This document shows positions 20,404 to 29,298 of a stretch of DNA of 64,000 bases, piece by piece. Below the pieces are notes generated by a model. That model had not been told where the DNA came from. It ran no database searches and worked only from the letters and a program-made list of their open reading frames with translations. The DNA lies in the sequence record NZ_LR134454.1. One strand, given 5' to 3'. The first letter of the stretch is position 1. Each line of letters begins with the position of its first letter. The stretch comes from a plasmid. The position numbers and the translations under genes were made by a program.

Positions 20404-22035
20404 ATGTCATCGCTGGGCCGAATCGGAACGTTGCTCGTGGCCGGGGCCGTGGCGGCGGGGACCGTCGTGGCGGCACCGTCGGCCCTGAACCCCGCACCCG
20501 CGCACGCCGACCCGGCCCCCGCGAAGTCCCGGATCACCGAGGCGCAGTGGCAGGGCGATCACCAGGTGGACCTCACCGTCTACTCCGCGGCGATGAACGA
20601 CACGATCAAGATCCAGCTGCTCCTCGCGCGCGACTGGCACGCCGACCCCAAGGCGAAGTTCCCCACGCTGTACCTGCTCGACGGGATGCGGGCGCGCGAG
20701 GACCGCAACGGCTGGCTGCTGGAGACGAACGTCGCCGACTTCTACCGCGACAAGAACGTCACCGTCGTGCTGCCCGTCGGCGGCCAGTCCAGCTGGTACA
20801 CCGACTGGAAGCGCCCCGACAACGGCAAGAACTACCAGTGGGAGACCTTCCTCGCGAAGGAACTCCCGCCCCTGCTGCAGCAGGGCTGGCGCGCCACCGA
20901 CGCGCGCGCCGCGGCCGGCGTCTCCATGGGCGGTACCGCGGCCTTCACGCTGGCCGCCCGCAACAAGGGCCTGTACCGGTTCGCCGGCTCCTACTCGGGC
21001 ATCCTCTCCACCAGCACCCCCGGCACACCCGAGTCGATCGGCATCGCCATGCGCGACGCGGGCGGCTTCAACGCCGACGCCATGTACGGCCCGCCCACGG
21101 ATCCCGCCTGGGCGCAGCACGATCCGCTCAAGCTGGCGGAGAAGCTGCGCGGCATCAGCCTGTACTTCAGCTCCGGCAACGGCTCCGGTGGCACCGGCGC
21201 GCCGACGGATCTGCAGGCCATGGCCCTCGAGGTGCTCGCCCGCTCGTCCAACCAGGCCTTCGCCATCGAGCTGAACCGGCTCGGGATCCCCGCGAACGCG
21301 CTCTACCGGCCGTCGGGCAACCACAGCTGGCCGTACTGGCAGTTCGAGAACGGGCAGGCCTGGCCGCAGGTGCAGTCGGCGCTCGGCGTCGGCAACCCGA
21401 AGCCGTGCGGGGTCGCCGGCGCGATCGGTGAGGCCGCGCCCAAGGTCCCGAGCCTGGGCTCGTGCGTCACCGTCGAGTACGCCGTGCCCGGCGGCCGCGC
21501 CCAGGACTTCCGCGGTGGCCAGGTCTTCTGGTCGGCGGACACTGGCGCGCAGGTCGTCGGCGGCGCCATCGGCGGCGCCTACCTCGGGACGGGCGGCCCC
21601 GGCGGCCCGCTCGGCCACCCGACGGGGCCCGAGCAGGCCCTCCCCGACAAGAAGGGCCGCTACCAGCAGTTCCAGCACGGCACCGTGTACTGGAGTCCGC
21701 AGACCGGTGCCCGCGCCGTGCGTGGCGCGATCCGCGACAAGTACGCCGCCCTGAACTACGAGCGGTCCGCGCTCGGCCTGCCCCTGGGCGACGAGACCAA
21801 GCTCGCCGGCGGCGCGTTCCAGCGTTTCCAGGGCGGGCAGGTCTACTGGTCGCCGAAGACCCCCGCGACCGTGGTGAACAACGGGCCGATCTTCGCCGAG
21901 TGGGGGCGCCAGGGCTACGAGGGCGGCCGCCTCGGCTACCCGGTCGCCGACTCCACGCCCATCCCCGGCGGCTTCGAGCAGCGCTTCGAGCGCGGAGTGA
22001 TCGCCCTGGTCAACGGTGTTGCCACCGCACGCTGA
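20404..22035 (+). CDS. mycolyltransferase (esterase/Ag85 fold) with C-terminal LGFP repeat domain
   Basis: Signal peptide and esterase core (GVSMGG). Four or more LGFP-type repeats (GGRAQDFRGGQVFWS, GRYQQFQHGTVYWS...), as in corynebacterial PS1. Confidence 0.85.
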   Translation: MSSLGRIGTLLVAGAVAAGTVVAAPSALNPAPAHADPAPAKSRITEAQWQGDHQVDLTVYSAAMNDTIKIQLLLARDWHADPKAKFPTLYLLDGMRAREDRNGWLLETNVADFYRDKNVTVVLPVGGQSSWYTDWKRPDNGKNYQWETFLAKELPPLLQQGWRATDARAAAGVSMGGTAAFTLAARNKGLYRFAGSYSGILSTSTPGTPESIGIAMRDAGGFNADAMYGPPTDPAWAQHDPLKLAEKLRGISLYFSSGNGSGGTGAPTDLQAMALEVLARSSNQAFAIELNRLGIPANALYRPSGNHSWPYWQFENGQAWPQVQSALGVGNPKPCGVAGAIGEAAPKVPSLGSCVTVEYAVPGGRAQDFRGGQVFWSADTGAQVVGGAIGGAYLGTGGPGGPLGHPTGPEQALPDKKGRYQQFQHGTVYWSPQTGARAVRGAIRDKYAALNYERSALGLPLGDETKLAGGAFQRFQGGQVYWSPKTPATVVNNGPIFAEWGRQGYEGGRLGYPVADSTPIPGGFEQRFERGVIALVNGVATAR

Positions 22036-22115
22036 CGCCCGGCCGAGGGTTGCGCTTCGGCGCTGCCGGTAGCCTGGCACCGTTGCGTTCCGGACGTACT
22101 TCAAGGAGAGAAGAC

Positions 22116-22568
22116 ATGGCTGGACTTCGGGGAGCCCTCGCGGCCGCAGTGATGACGGGCGGCGTGCTGCTCGGTGCCGTCGCGTGCGGCGGCAGTTCGA
22201 CGGTCGAGGCGCCCACCACGCCGGTGGAGGGCGAGCCCACGTCGCTGCCCGCGTCGCTGCCCGCGACCGCCCCCGGCTCGGCCACGGCACCGTCGGGCTA
22301 CCCGGGCGCGAGCTCCGCCGCGAACCCGGCCCTGACCCAGAAGGACAAGGCGTTCATCGCGAAGGTCCGCGAGGACGGCGTGAAGGCCCCCGACGACGTG
22401 GTGATCAACGCCGCGCAGTTCGCGTGCGAGTACGACAAGTCGGGCCGCGACGCCAAGAACCTCGAGCCCTTCGTGGTCGGCATCCTCGGCCCGTACGACG
22501 GCGACGCCGCCTCCGGGAACGCGAAGAAGTTCATCGCCGAGGCGCGGGCCTCCTACTGCAAGAAGTGA
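22116..22568 (+). CDS. DUF732 lipoprotein
   Basis: RBS AAGGAGAG. Lipobox LLGAVAC. DUF732 segment (AFIAKVREDGV...VINAAQFACEYDKSG). Confidence 0.7.
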   Translation: MAGLRGALAAAVMTGGVLLGAVACGGSSTVEAPTTPVEGEPTSLPASLPATAPGSATAPSGYPGASSAANPALTQKDKAFIAKVREDGVKAPDDVVINAAQFACEYDKSGRDAKNLEPFVVGILGPYDGDAASGNAKKFIAEARASYCKK

Positions 22569-22572
22569 TCCC

Positions 22573-23583
22573 GTGACGCATCAGGAGCCCGGAAAGCCGG
22601 GCGGCGGACGCAGGTTCTCGCCGGTGACGATCATCGTCGGCGTCGTCGTGATCGTCGCGCTGGTCCTGCTGGCGATCCTGGTGGGCACGTGGCTGCGGCC
22701 CGGCCCGGAGCTGCCGCCCGTCTCGCCGGACGGCTCGTCGTCGAGCCCGTCGGCCACCGCGGCGCGGCCGACCTCCCAGCCCGCGGACTGCCCGGACGTG
22801 CAGGTGATCTCGGTGCCCGGCACGCTGGAGTCGTCGTCGAAGGACGACCCGTACCGGCCGACGTTCAACCCGAACTCGCTGATGCTCAAGATCACCGCGC
22901 CGCTGGCCGCGGCGCTGCCCGATGCCCGCGCCGACATCTGGACCACCCCGTACGTCGCGCAACTGTCGAACCCCGTCGCCATCCCGCCGGACGGGCAGGC
23001 CTCCTACGAGACGTCGCGCACCGAGGGCTACGACAAGTCGGTCGCGCAGATGAAGAAGGTCTACGACAAGTGCAAGCTCACCGGCTTCGTGCTGATGGGC
23101 TTCTCGCAGGGCGCCGTGATCGCGGGCGACATCGCCGGCGAGATCGGCGCAGGCAAGGGCGTCGTTCCCGCGGAGAACATCCTCGGCGTGGGCCTCATCT
23201 CCGACGGCCGGCGCGAGCCCGGCGACGCGCGGACCGCGGGCCCGAACCCGCCCGGCGTCGGCGTCGAGGTCGCGTACGGCGGCTTCAGCTTCGGCAGCCT
23301 GTCGCTGCGCGGCAAGCGCGAGGGCGGCTTCGGCGCGGTCAAGGACCGCACCGTCTCCCTGTGCGGCAACAAGGACCCGATCTGCAACCAGCCCAAGGAC
23401 ATCTTCCAGGCCGGGAACATCGCCACGACGCTGCCCGAGCTGCAGAAGGTGCTCACCGGCAACTCGCACGCGCTGTACGCCACGACCACGGACTGGTCGT
23501 CGAACGGGCAGACGGCCACGCAGTGGCTGCAGGCCTGGGCGCGCGGCGTGATCGACAAGGCGCCTAAGCCTCCCCACAGCTAG
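22573..23583 (+). CDS. cutinase-family serine esterase (Rv3802c/Culp6-like), copy 1
   Basis: N-terminal TM anchor, GFSQGA nucleophile motif and a conserved Cys pair. Confidence 0.85.
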   Translation: MTHQEPGKPGGGRRFSPVTIIVGVVVIVALVLLAILVGTWLRPGPELPPVSPDGSSSSPSATAARPTSQPADCPDVQVISVPGTLESSSKDDPYRPTFNPNSLMLKITAPLAAALPDARADIWTTPYVAQLSNPVAIPPDGQASYETSRTEGYDKSVAQMKKVYDKCKLTGFVLMGFSQGAVIAGDIAGEIGAGKGVVPAENILGVGLISDGRREPGDARTAGPNPPGVGVEVAYGGFSFGSLSLRGKREGGFGAVKDRTVSLCGNKDPICNQPKDIFQAGNIATTLPELQKVLTGNSHALYATTTDWSSNGQTATQWLQAWARGVIDKAPKPPHS

Positions 23584-23602
23584 CCCTGGTATCCACGTAG
23601 GA

Positions 23603-24556
23603 ATGGCAGGCACGAAGAGTCAGGGAGCGCGGAAGGCCGGGCGCGTGTTCGGCATCGCCGTCATCATCGCGGCGATCATCGCGATCATCGTCGTGATCAC
23701 GCTCATCATCACGATGATCCGCAAGCCGGAGATCACCCCGCCCGGGCCGCCGACGGGGCCGCAGGCCGCGGACTGCCCCGACGTCCAGCTGATCTCCTTC
23801 CCGGGCACCTGGGAGTCCTCGGCGACCGACTCGACCGATGCGCCGAAGTTCAACCCGCGCTCGCTGATGCTGCAGGTGACGAACCCGCTGGACAAGCGGT
23901 ACACCGACGCCCGCGCCGACATCTGGACGGTGAACTACGCGGCCCAGTTCCACAACCCGGTCGCGGTGCCGCCGGACGGCCAGATGACCTACCAGGCGTC
24001 GCGGCAGCAGGGCACCGACCGCGCGATCGCCAAGATCACCGCGGTCAAGGACAAGTGCCCCCGCACCGGCTTCGTGCTCGTCGGCTTCTCGCAGGGCGCG
24101 ACGATCGCCGGCAACATCGCCGCCCAGATCGGCGCGGGCAAGGGCCCGATCGCCGCCGAGCGCCTGCTCGGCGTGGGCCTGATCTCCGACAGCCGCCGCG
24201 TCCAGGGCCAGGGCAAGGCCATCGGCCCGGACCCGGCGGGCGAGGGCGTCGAGGTCACGTTCGCCGGCTTCAGCTTCTCGGGCGTCGACCTGCAGGGCAA
24301 GCGCGACGGCGGCTTCGGCTCCGTGAACGACAGGGTCGTCACGATCTGCGGCTCCAACGACCCCATCTGCAACCAGCCCAAGGGCGGGCTCCTGGGCCTG
24401 GCCACCGGCCTGCCGCAGGTGATCTCCACCATCACGCAGAACTCGCACGCCGCCTACGGCACCACCGCGAACTGGTCGCTCGAGGGCAAGACCGCCACGC
24501 AGTGGCTCACCGGCTGGGCTACCGGCGTCATCGACCGGGCGCCGAAGACGAAGTAG
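23603..24556 (+). CDS. cutinase-family serine esterase, copy 2 (tandem paralogue)
   Basis: Same architecture and motifs (GFSQGA). Collinear with copy 1 throughout. Confidence 0.85.
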   Translation: MAGTKSQGARKAGRVFGIAVIIAAIIAIIVVITLIITMIRKPEITPPGPPTGPQAADCPDVQLISFPGTWESSATDSTDAPKFNPRSLMLQVTNPLDKRYTDARADIWTVNYAAQFHNPVAVPPDGQMTYQASRQQGTDRAIAKITAVKDKCPRTGFVLVGFSQGATIAGNIAAQIGAGKGPIAAERLLGVGLISDSRRVQGQGKAIGPDPAGEGVEVTFAGFSFSGVDLQGKRDGGFGSVNDRVVTICGSNDPICNQPKGGLLGLATGLPQVISTITQNSHAAYGTTANWSLEGKTATQWLTGWATGVIDRAPKTK

Positions 24557-24577
24557 GGGCCGCGCGGGGCCGTCGCG

Positions 24578-25693
24578 TCAGCGGGCGGGCTGCTGCTGCG
24601 TGGCGCAGTGGATCCCGCCGCCGCCCGCCGCCACGGGGTCGATGTCGAGCTGCACCACGTCGCGACCGGGGAAGAGCCGCTGCAGCGTCGCGCGCGCCTC
24701 GCCGTCGGTCTCGGCGTCGCCGAACTGCGGGCAGATCACCGCGCCGTTGCAGAGGTAGAAGTTGATGTACCCCGCGGCGAAGTCGTCGTCGGTGGCGTAC
24801 CGCTCGCGGACCGTCGACGGTGCGCGCAGCGCCTCCACCTGCAGCTTCCGCCCCTTCGCGTCGGTCGCGCCGCGGAGGATCTCGAGGTGGCGCTTCGTCA
24901 CCTCGTGGTCGAAGGAGTCGGGGTCGTCGTCCTGCGCCGCCACCACCGTGCCGGGCGCGGCGAACCGGGCGTAGAAGTCGGTGTGGCCGTCGGTGATGTC
25001 CTTGCCCTTGATGCCGGGCAGCCAGATCACCTTCTCGATCCCCAGCAGCTCGCCCAGCTCCGCCTCGACCTGCTGCTTCGTCCAGCCGGGGTTCCGGTTG
25101 TCGTTGAGTACGCAGCTCTCGGTGATGATCGCGGTCCCCTCGCCGTCGACCTCCAGCGCGCCGCCCTCGATCACCAGGTCCGTGCGCACCGCCTCCGCTT
25201 TCGCCTGCGCGGTGACGAAGCCGGCGACCTTCGCGTCGGCGTCGTGCGTCTGCTTGTTGCCCCACCCGTTGAAGTTGAAGTCGACGCCCGCGAGGCCCCG
25301 GTCGCCGGTGACGAACGTCGGGCCGGTGTCGCGGATCCACAGGTCGTCGAGCTCGGCGGGCACCAGCGTGACGCCCGGCGCGGCGCCGAGCAGCCCGCGG
25401 GCGGCGTCCAGCTGGTCGGGTCGCACCAGCATCGACACGGGTTCGAAGCGGCCGATCGTCGTCGCGATGAGCATGAGGGTCCGCTGCACATCGGGCAGCA
25501 GTTTCGCGCCCCACACGTCCTCGCGCGCGGCCAGCGCCATCCACGTCCGCTCGTGCCGGTCGCCCTCGTCGGGCATGCGCCACCGTCGCCCGCCCCGGTC
25601 CACGGGCGACCTCTCGGCCGGGGTGTTCGACGGTGCGCCGCACGCCGCCAAGGCCGCCGCCACCGCCGCCAGCAGGAAATTCCGTCGTCGCAT
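24578..25693 (-). CDS. agmatine deiminase / Porphyromonas-type peptidyl-arginine deiminase family lipoprotein
   Basis: C-terminal GGGGIHCATQQ catalytic Cys motif. The start is taken at MRRRNFLLAAVAAALAACG (Tat-like RR plus lipobox). The track ORF extends to 25987 through an intergenic repeat. Confidence 0.8.
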   Translation of the reverse strand: MRRRNFLLAAVAAALAACGAPSNTPAERSPVDRGGRRWRMPDEGDRHERTWMALAAREDVWGAKLLPDVQRTLMLIATTIGRFEPVSMLVRPDQLDAARGLLGAAPGVTLVPAELDDLWIRDTGPTFVTGDRGLAGVDFNFNGWGNKQTHDADAKVAGFVTAQAKAEAVRTDLVIEGGALEVDGEGTAIITESCVLNDNRNPGWTKQQVEAELGELLGIEKVIWLPGIKGKDITDGHTDFYARFAAPGTVVAAQDDDPDSFDHEVTKRHLEILRGATDAKGRKLQVEALRAPSTVRERYATDDDFAAGYINFYLCNGAVICPQFGDAETDGEARATLQRLFPGRDVVQLDIDPVAAGGGGIHCATQQQPAR

Positions 25694-25764
25694 CGCGCCA
25701 CCTCGTCTCGATGGTGCCGGCCCACCCGGCCCCGCCCGCTCATTCTCACCCGCATCGGCGCTCG

Positions 25765-25960
25765 GCGGGGGATTCGGCGCCGCGTGGGGGACGGCCGGTC
25801 CCCCACAGGAGGAACGGCGTCTGGTGGGGGATCGAACGCCGGGCAGGGGAATCGGCGCGGCGCGGGGGACGACGGTGCCGAGGCCGGCACGCGGGGAGCG
25901 ACGGAACGGCGTCTGATGGGGGATTGAACGCCGGGCAGGGGAATCGGCGCGGCGCGAGCG
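25765..25960. repeat. ~92-bp tandem direct repeat (~2.6 copies), minisatellite/MIRU-like
   Basis: Copy 25811-25864 and copy 25903-25956 are 52/54 identical (GGAACGGCGTCTG[G/A]TGGGGGAT[C/T]GAACGCCGGGCAGGGGAATCGGCGCGGCGCG), plus a partial copy upstream. Confidence 0.8.
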
Positions 25961-26099
25961 GCGAAGTCCCCAGCCAGGCCCGGTCATGTGCTGGTCACGA
26001 GCGCCGGGAATCGCAGGGCGGCCGAGGCACCGTCGGGCAACCGTTAGGCTGTGCGCAACGTTTCACGACCGCACCACCGTCGACCAGGAGTACCCACAC

Positions 26100-27080
26100 G
26101 TGACCACTGAGCCCCGCAAGTTCCGGTTCGCGGCCGGCGGCGCCGGCAACGCCGACGAGGGCGGCGCGCGCAAGTTCGTCAAGCTCGCGCAGGAGGCCGA
26201 GGAGCTGGGGTTCGACACCTTCGCGATCCCGGACCGCCTGGACGCGCAGGTGGGACCGCTGGCCGCGCTGGGGGCGCTGGCGGTGAGCACGTCCACGATC
26301 CGCCTGGCCACCTCGATGCTCGCGATGCCCTTCCGGCACCCGGCGGTGCTGGCGAAGGAGCTCACCACCATCGACGTGCTGTCCAAGGGCCGCCTCGAGG
26401 TCGGCCTCGGCCTCGGCGCCTTCAAGGACGATTTCGACCAGGCGGGCATCGAGTTCGAGTCCCCCGACCGCCGCTTCCAGCGCCTGGACGAGGGCCTGAC
26501 GGTGCTCGACGCGCTGCTCCGCGGCCAGGAGGCCGAGTTCGAGGGCGAGGTCTTCCAGGTCAAGGAGCTCAAGGGCTACCCGCGTCCGCGGCAGGGTCCG
26601 CGCCCGCCGATCGCGATCGGCGCCGGCGCCCGCCGCACGCTGGAGCTGGCCGCGCGCCGCGCCGACGTCGTCTCGATCAACCCGCGCAGCTCGGCCGAGG
26701 GCAAGCTCAAGATCTCGGACATGTCCATGGACGCCGTGAAGAACAAGGTCGAGATCGTGAAGGCCGCCGCGGGCGAGCGCTTCGCCGACATCGAGCTCTC
26801 CTGGTCGATCGCCACCATCGTGATCACCGACGACCGCGAGCAGGTCGCGGACTTCGCGCTCAAGGCCATCGAGCGCGGCCTCTCGGCCAGCATCGAGGTC
26901 GACAAGGAGGTGACGATCGACGACGTGCTGAGCTCGCCCTACCTCGCGATCGGCACCTTCGACGAGATCGCTGACCAGGTGCGCGCCACCCGCGCCGCGA
27001 CGGGCATGTCCTACGTCGGCGTGATCCCCACCCAGATGGAGGCCTTCGCGCCCGTCCTGGAGCAGCTCAAGGGCGAGTGA
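26100..27080 (+). CDS. LLM-class (luciferase-like) F420-dependent oxidoreductase
   Basis: TIM-barrel LLM signatures (FDTFAIPDRL, LSKGRLEVGLGLG). The start is taken at GTG 26100 (VTTEPRKF). Confidence 0.8.
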   Translation: MTTEPRKFRFAAGGAGNADEGGARKFVKLAQEAEELGFDTFAIPDRLDAQVGPLAALGALAVSTSTIRLATSMLAMPFRHPAVLAKELTTIDVLSKGRLEVGLGLGAFKDDFDQAGIEFESPDRRFQRLDEGLTVLDALLRGQEAEFEGEVFQVKELKGYPRPRQGPRPPIAIGAGARRTLELAARRADVVSINPRSSAEGKLKISDMSMDAVKNKVEIVKAAAGERFADIELSWSIATIVITDDREQVADFALKAIERGLSASIEVDKEVTIDDVLSSPYLAIGTFDEIADQVRATRAATGMSYVGVIPTQMEAFAPVLEQLKGE

Positions 27081-27154
27081 GTCCCGTCCGTGCCCGACCT
27101 CACGGTTTTCGTCCTGCCCGACGGTGCGCGGTACGATAGTCGGGTTTGCGGATT

Positions 27155-27199
27155 TTCACAGCGTGGTAACACCCCGAACGGGTGAAACATGTTGCGGAT
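27155..27199 (+). promoter_or_regulatory. five 9-bp-phased repeats TTCACAGCG GTGGTAACA CCCCGAACG GGTGAAACA(T) GTTGCGGAT
   Basis: Lies in the 226-bp intergenic leader of fadD32-pks13-accD4. The first unit matches the reported mycobacterial MtrA 9-mer GTCACAGCG in 8/9 positions. GTGAAACATGTTGC is ~12/14 to the units at 8070 and 8088. Confidence 0.5.
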
Positions 27200-27306
27200 A
27201 TCAAGCACTATGAGGTGGCGCACAGGCCCGCAACGGGCCGTCGCCGCCACGCGATGTATCACTGTATGACCGTCAGCCGCCCGGCGTCGGTGACGAGGAG
27301 CAATGC

Positions 27307-29217
27307 ATGAACAACGAGTTTGACCAGTTTCTGGACGAAGACGGCAACATCTTCTTCCGCCCCGGAACCACGCTGGTCGACTTCGTCGAGCGCAACGCAC
27401 GGGAGCGTGCCGACACCCTCGCCTACCGCTTCATCGACTACAGCCGCGAGCGCGACGGCGTCGTCCACGAGCTGACCTGGTCGCAGTTCGGCGCCCGCCT
27501 GCGCGCCATCGGCGCCCGCCTGCAGCACATCACCAAGCGCGAGGACCGCGTCGCGATCCTGGCCCCGCAGGGCCTGGACTACGTGACCGCCTTCTTCGGC
27601 GCCCTGTACGCCGGCAACATCGCGGTGCCGCTGTTCAGCCCGGACGAGCCCGGCCACACGGACCGCCTGCGCATCGTCCTCGAGGACTGCAAGCCCACCG
27701 CCATCCTCACGAGCTCCGGCTCCGCCGAGGCCTGCCGCAACTTCTTCCGCCACCTCCCGGCCAAGGAGCGCCCGCGCATCATCGCCGTGGACGCCATCCC
27801 GGACTCGGTGGGCTCGACGCTCAAGCCCTTCCCGATCTACCGCGACACCATCGCGTACCTGCAGTACACCTCGGGCTCCACGCGGAACCCGGCCGGCGTG
27901 CAGATCACCTACGAGGCCGTCGGCACGAACGTGATCCAGATGATCCACGCGCTGGACCTCAACGAGAACTCCCGCGGCGTCACCTGGCTGCCGATGTTCC
28001 ACGACATGGGCCTGCTCACGGTGATCCTCCCCGCTCTCGGCGGCAAGTTCATCACCATCATGAGCCCGTCGGCGTTCGTCCGCCGCCCCGGCCGCTGGAT
28101 CAACGAGCTGGCCGCCGTCGAGGACGGCGCGGAGACCTTCGCCGCCGCCCCGAACTTCGCCTACGAGCACGCCGCCGCCCGCGGCCTGCCCAAGGAGGGC
28201 GAGACCCTCGACCTGTCGAACGTCAAGGGCCTGATCAACGGCTCCGAGCCGGTCACCGTCTCGTCGATGAAGAAGTTCAACGAGGCCTTCGCCCCCTACG
28301 GCCTCTCGCCGAAGGCGATCAAGCCCTGCTTCGGCATGGCCGAGGCGACGCTGTTCGTCAGCTCGACCCCCGTCGAGAACGAGGCCCGCGTGGTCTACGT
28401 CGACCGCGATCAGCTGGCCGCCGGCACCTTCGTCGTCTCCGAGGAGGGTGCCGAGGGCGCCGTCCCGCAGGTCTCCTGCGGTGACATCGCGCTGAGCCAG
28501 TGGGCCTGCATCGTCGACCCGGAGACCGGCAAGGAGGTGCCCGACGATTCCGTGGGCGAGATCTGGCTCCACGGCATGAACATCGGCTCGGGCTACTGGG
28601 AGCGCGACGAGGAGTCCCGCGAGACCTTCCAGAACTACCTGACGCCCCTCTCCGAGGGCAGCCATTCCGAGGGCGTGAAGAACCTCGAGAAGGCCAAGTG
28701 GATGCGCACGGGCGACTTCGGCGTCTACCACGGCGGCGAGCTGTACATCACCGGCCGCGTCAAGGACCTGGTCATCGTCGACGGCCGCAACCACTACCCG
28801 CAGGACCTGGAGTTCACGGCGCAGGAGTCGAACACCAAGTACATCCGCACGGGCTACGTGGCGGCCTTCTCGGTGCCGGCCAACGAGCTGCCGGCCGCGG
28901 TCTTCGAGAACGCCCACTCGGGCCTGACCTTCGACCCGAACGATCAGAGCGAGCAGCTGGTCATCGTCGCCGAGCTCGGCGCCGGCGGCGCCAAGCAGGA
29001 CCAGCAGGCCCTGGCCGACGGGATCCGCTCGGCCGTCGGCGCCGCGCACGGCGTGCTGGCCCGCGACATCCTGCTGGTCCCCGGCGGCTCGCTGCCCCGC
29101 ACCAGCTCGGGCAAGATCGCGCGGCGCGCGGGCCGCGCCGCCTACATCGACGGCACCCTGCGCGGAGGCTACACGCAGACGGCGTTCCCCGACGCCGACG
29201 CCAACGACGTCCAGTAG
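27307..29217 (+). CDS. fadD32: long-chain fatty-acyl-AMP ligase FadD32
   Basis: FAAL-type adenylation enzyme (YTSGSTRNPAGVQ, insertion motif). Conserved position upstream of pks13. Confidence 0.95.
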   Translation: MNNEFDQFLDEDGNIFFRPGTTLVDFVERNARERADTLAYRFIDYSRERDGVVHELTWSQFGARLRAIGARLQHITKREDRVAILAPQGLDYVTAFFGALYAGNIAVPLFSPDEPGHTDRLRIVLEDCKPTAILTSSGSAEACRNFFRHLPAKERPRIIAVDAIPDSVGSTLKPFPIYRDTIAYLQYTSGSTRNPAGVQITYEAVGTNVIQMIHALDLNENSRGVTWLPMFHDMGLLTVILPALGGKFITIMSPSAFVRRPGRWINELAAVEDGAETFAAAPNFAYEHAAARGLPKEGETLDLSNVKGLINGSEPVTVSSMKKFNEAFAPYGLSPKAIKPCFGMAEATLFVSSTPVENEARVVYVDRDQLAAGTFVVSEEGAEGAVPQVSCGDIALSQWACIVDPETGKEVPDDSVGEIWLHGMNIGSGYWERDEESRETFQNYLTPLSEGSHSEGVKNLEKAKWMRTGDFGVYHGGELYITGRVKDLVIVDGRNHYPQDLEFTAQESNTKYIRTGYVAAFSVPANELPAAVFENAHSGLTFDPNDQSEQLVIVAELGAGGAKQDQQALADGIRSAVGAAHGVLARDILLVPGGSLPRTSSGKIARRAGRAAYIDGTLRGGYTQTAFPDADANDVQ

Positions 29218-29298
29218 CGCCCACCGGCGCTCGCACTCCACAACTTCATCACCCGCGACTGGGTAACCCACGGTCTCGACGCGAAGGGTAGACACAAC

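Noticed and set aside
22049-22090. GTTGCGCTT / GTTGCGTTC as further members of the phased motif upstream of DUF732
   Set aside because: Spacing is 33 bp (not a multiple of 9). Only the GTTGC core is shared, and the first sits in a GCGC-TTCG-GCGC tetraloop hairpin that is more likely a terminator for the preceding gene.
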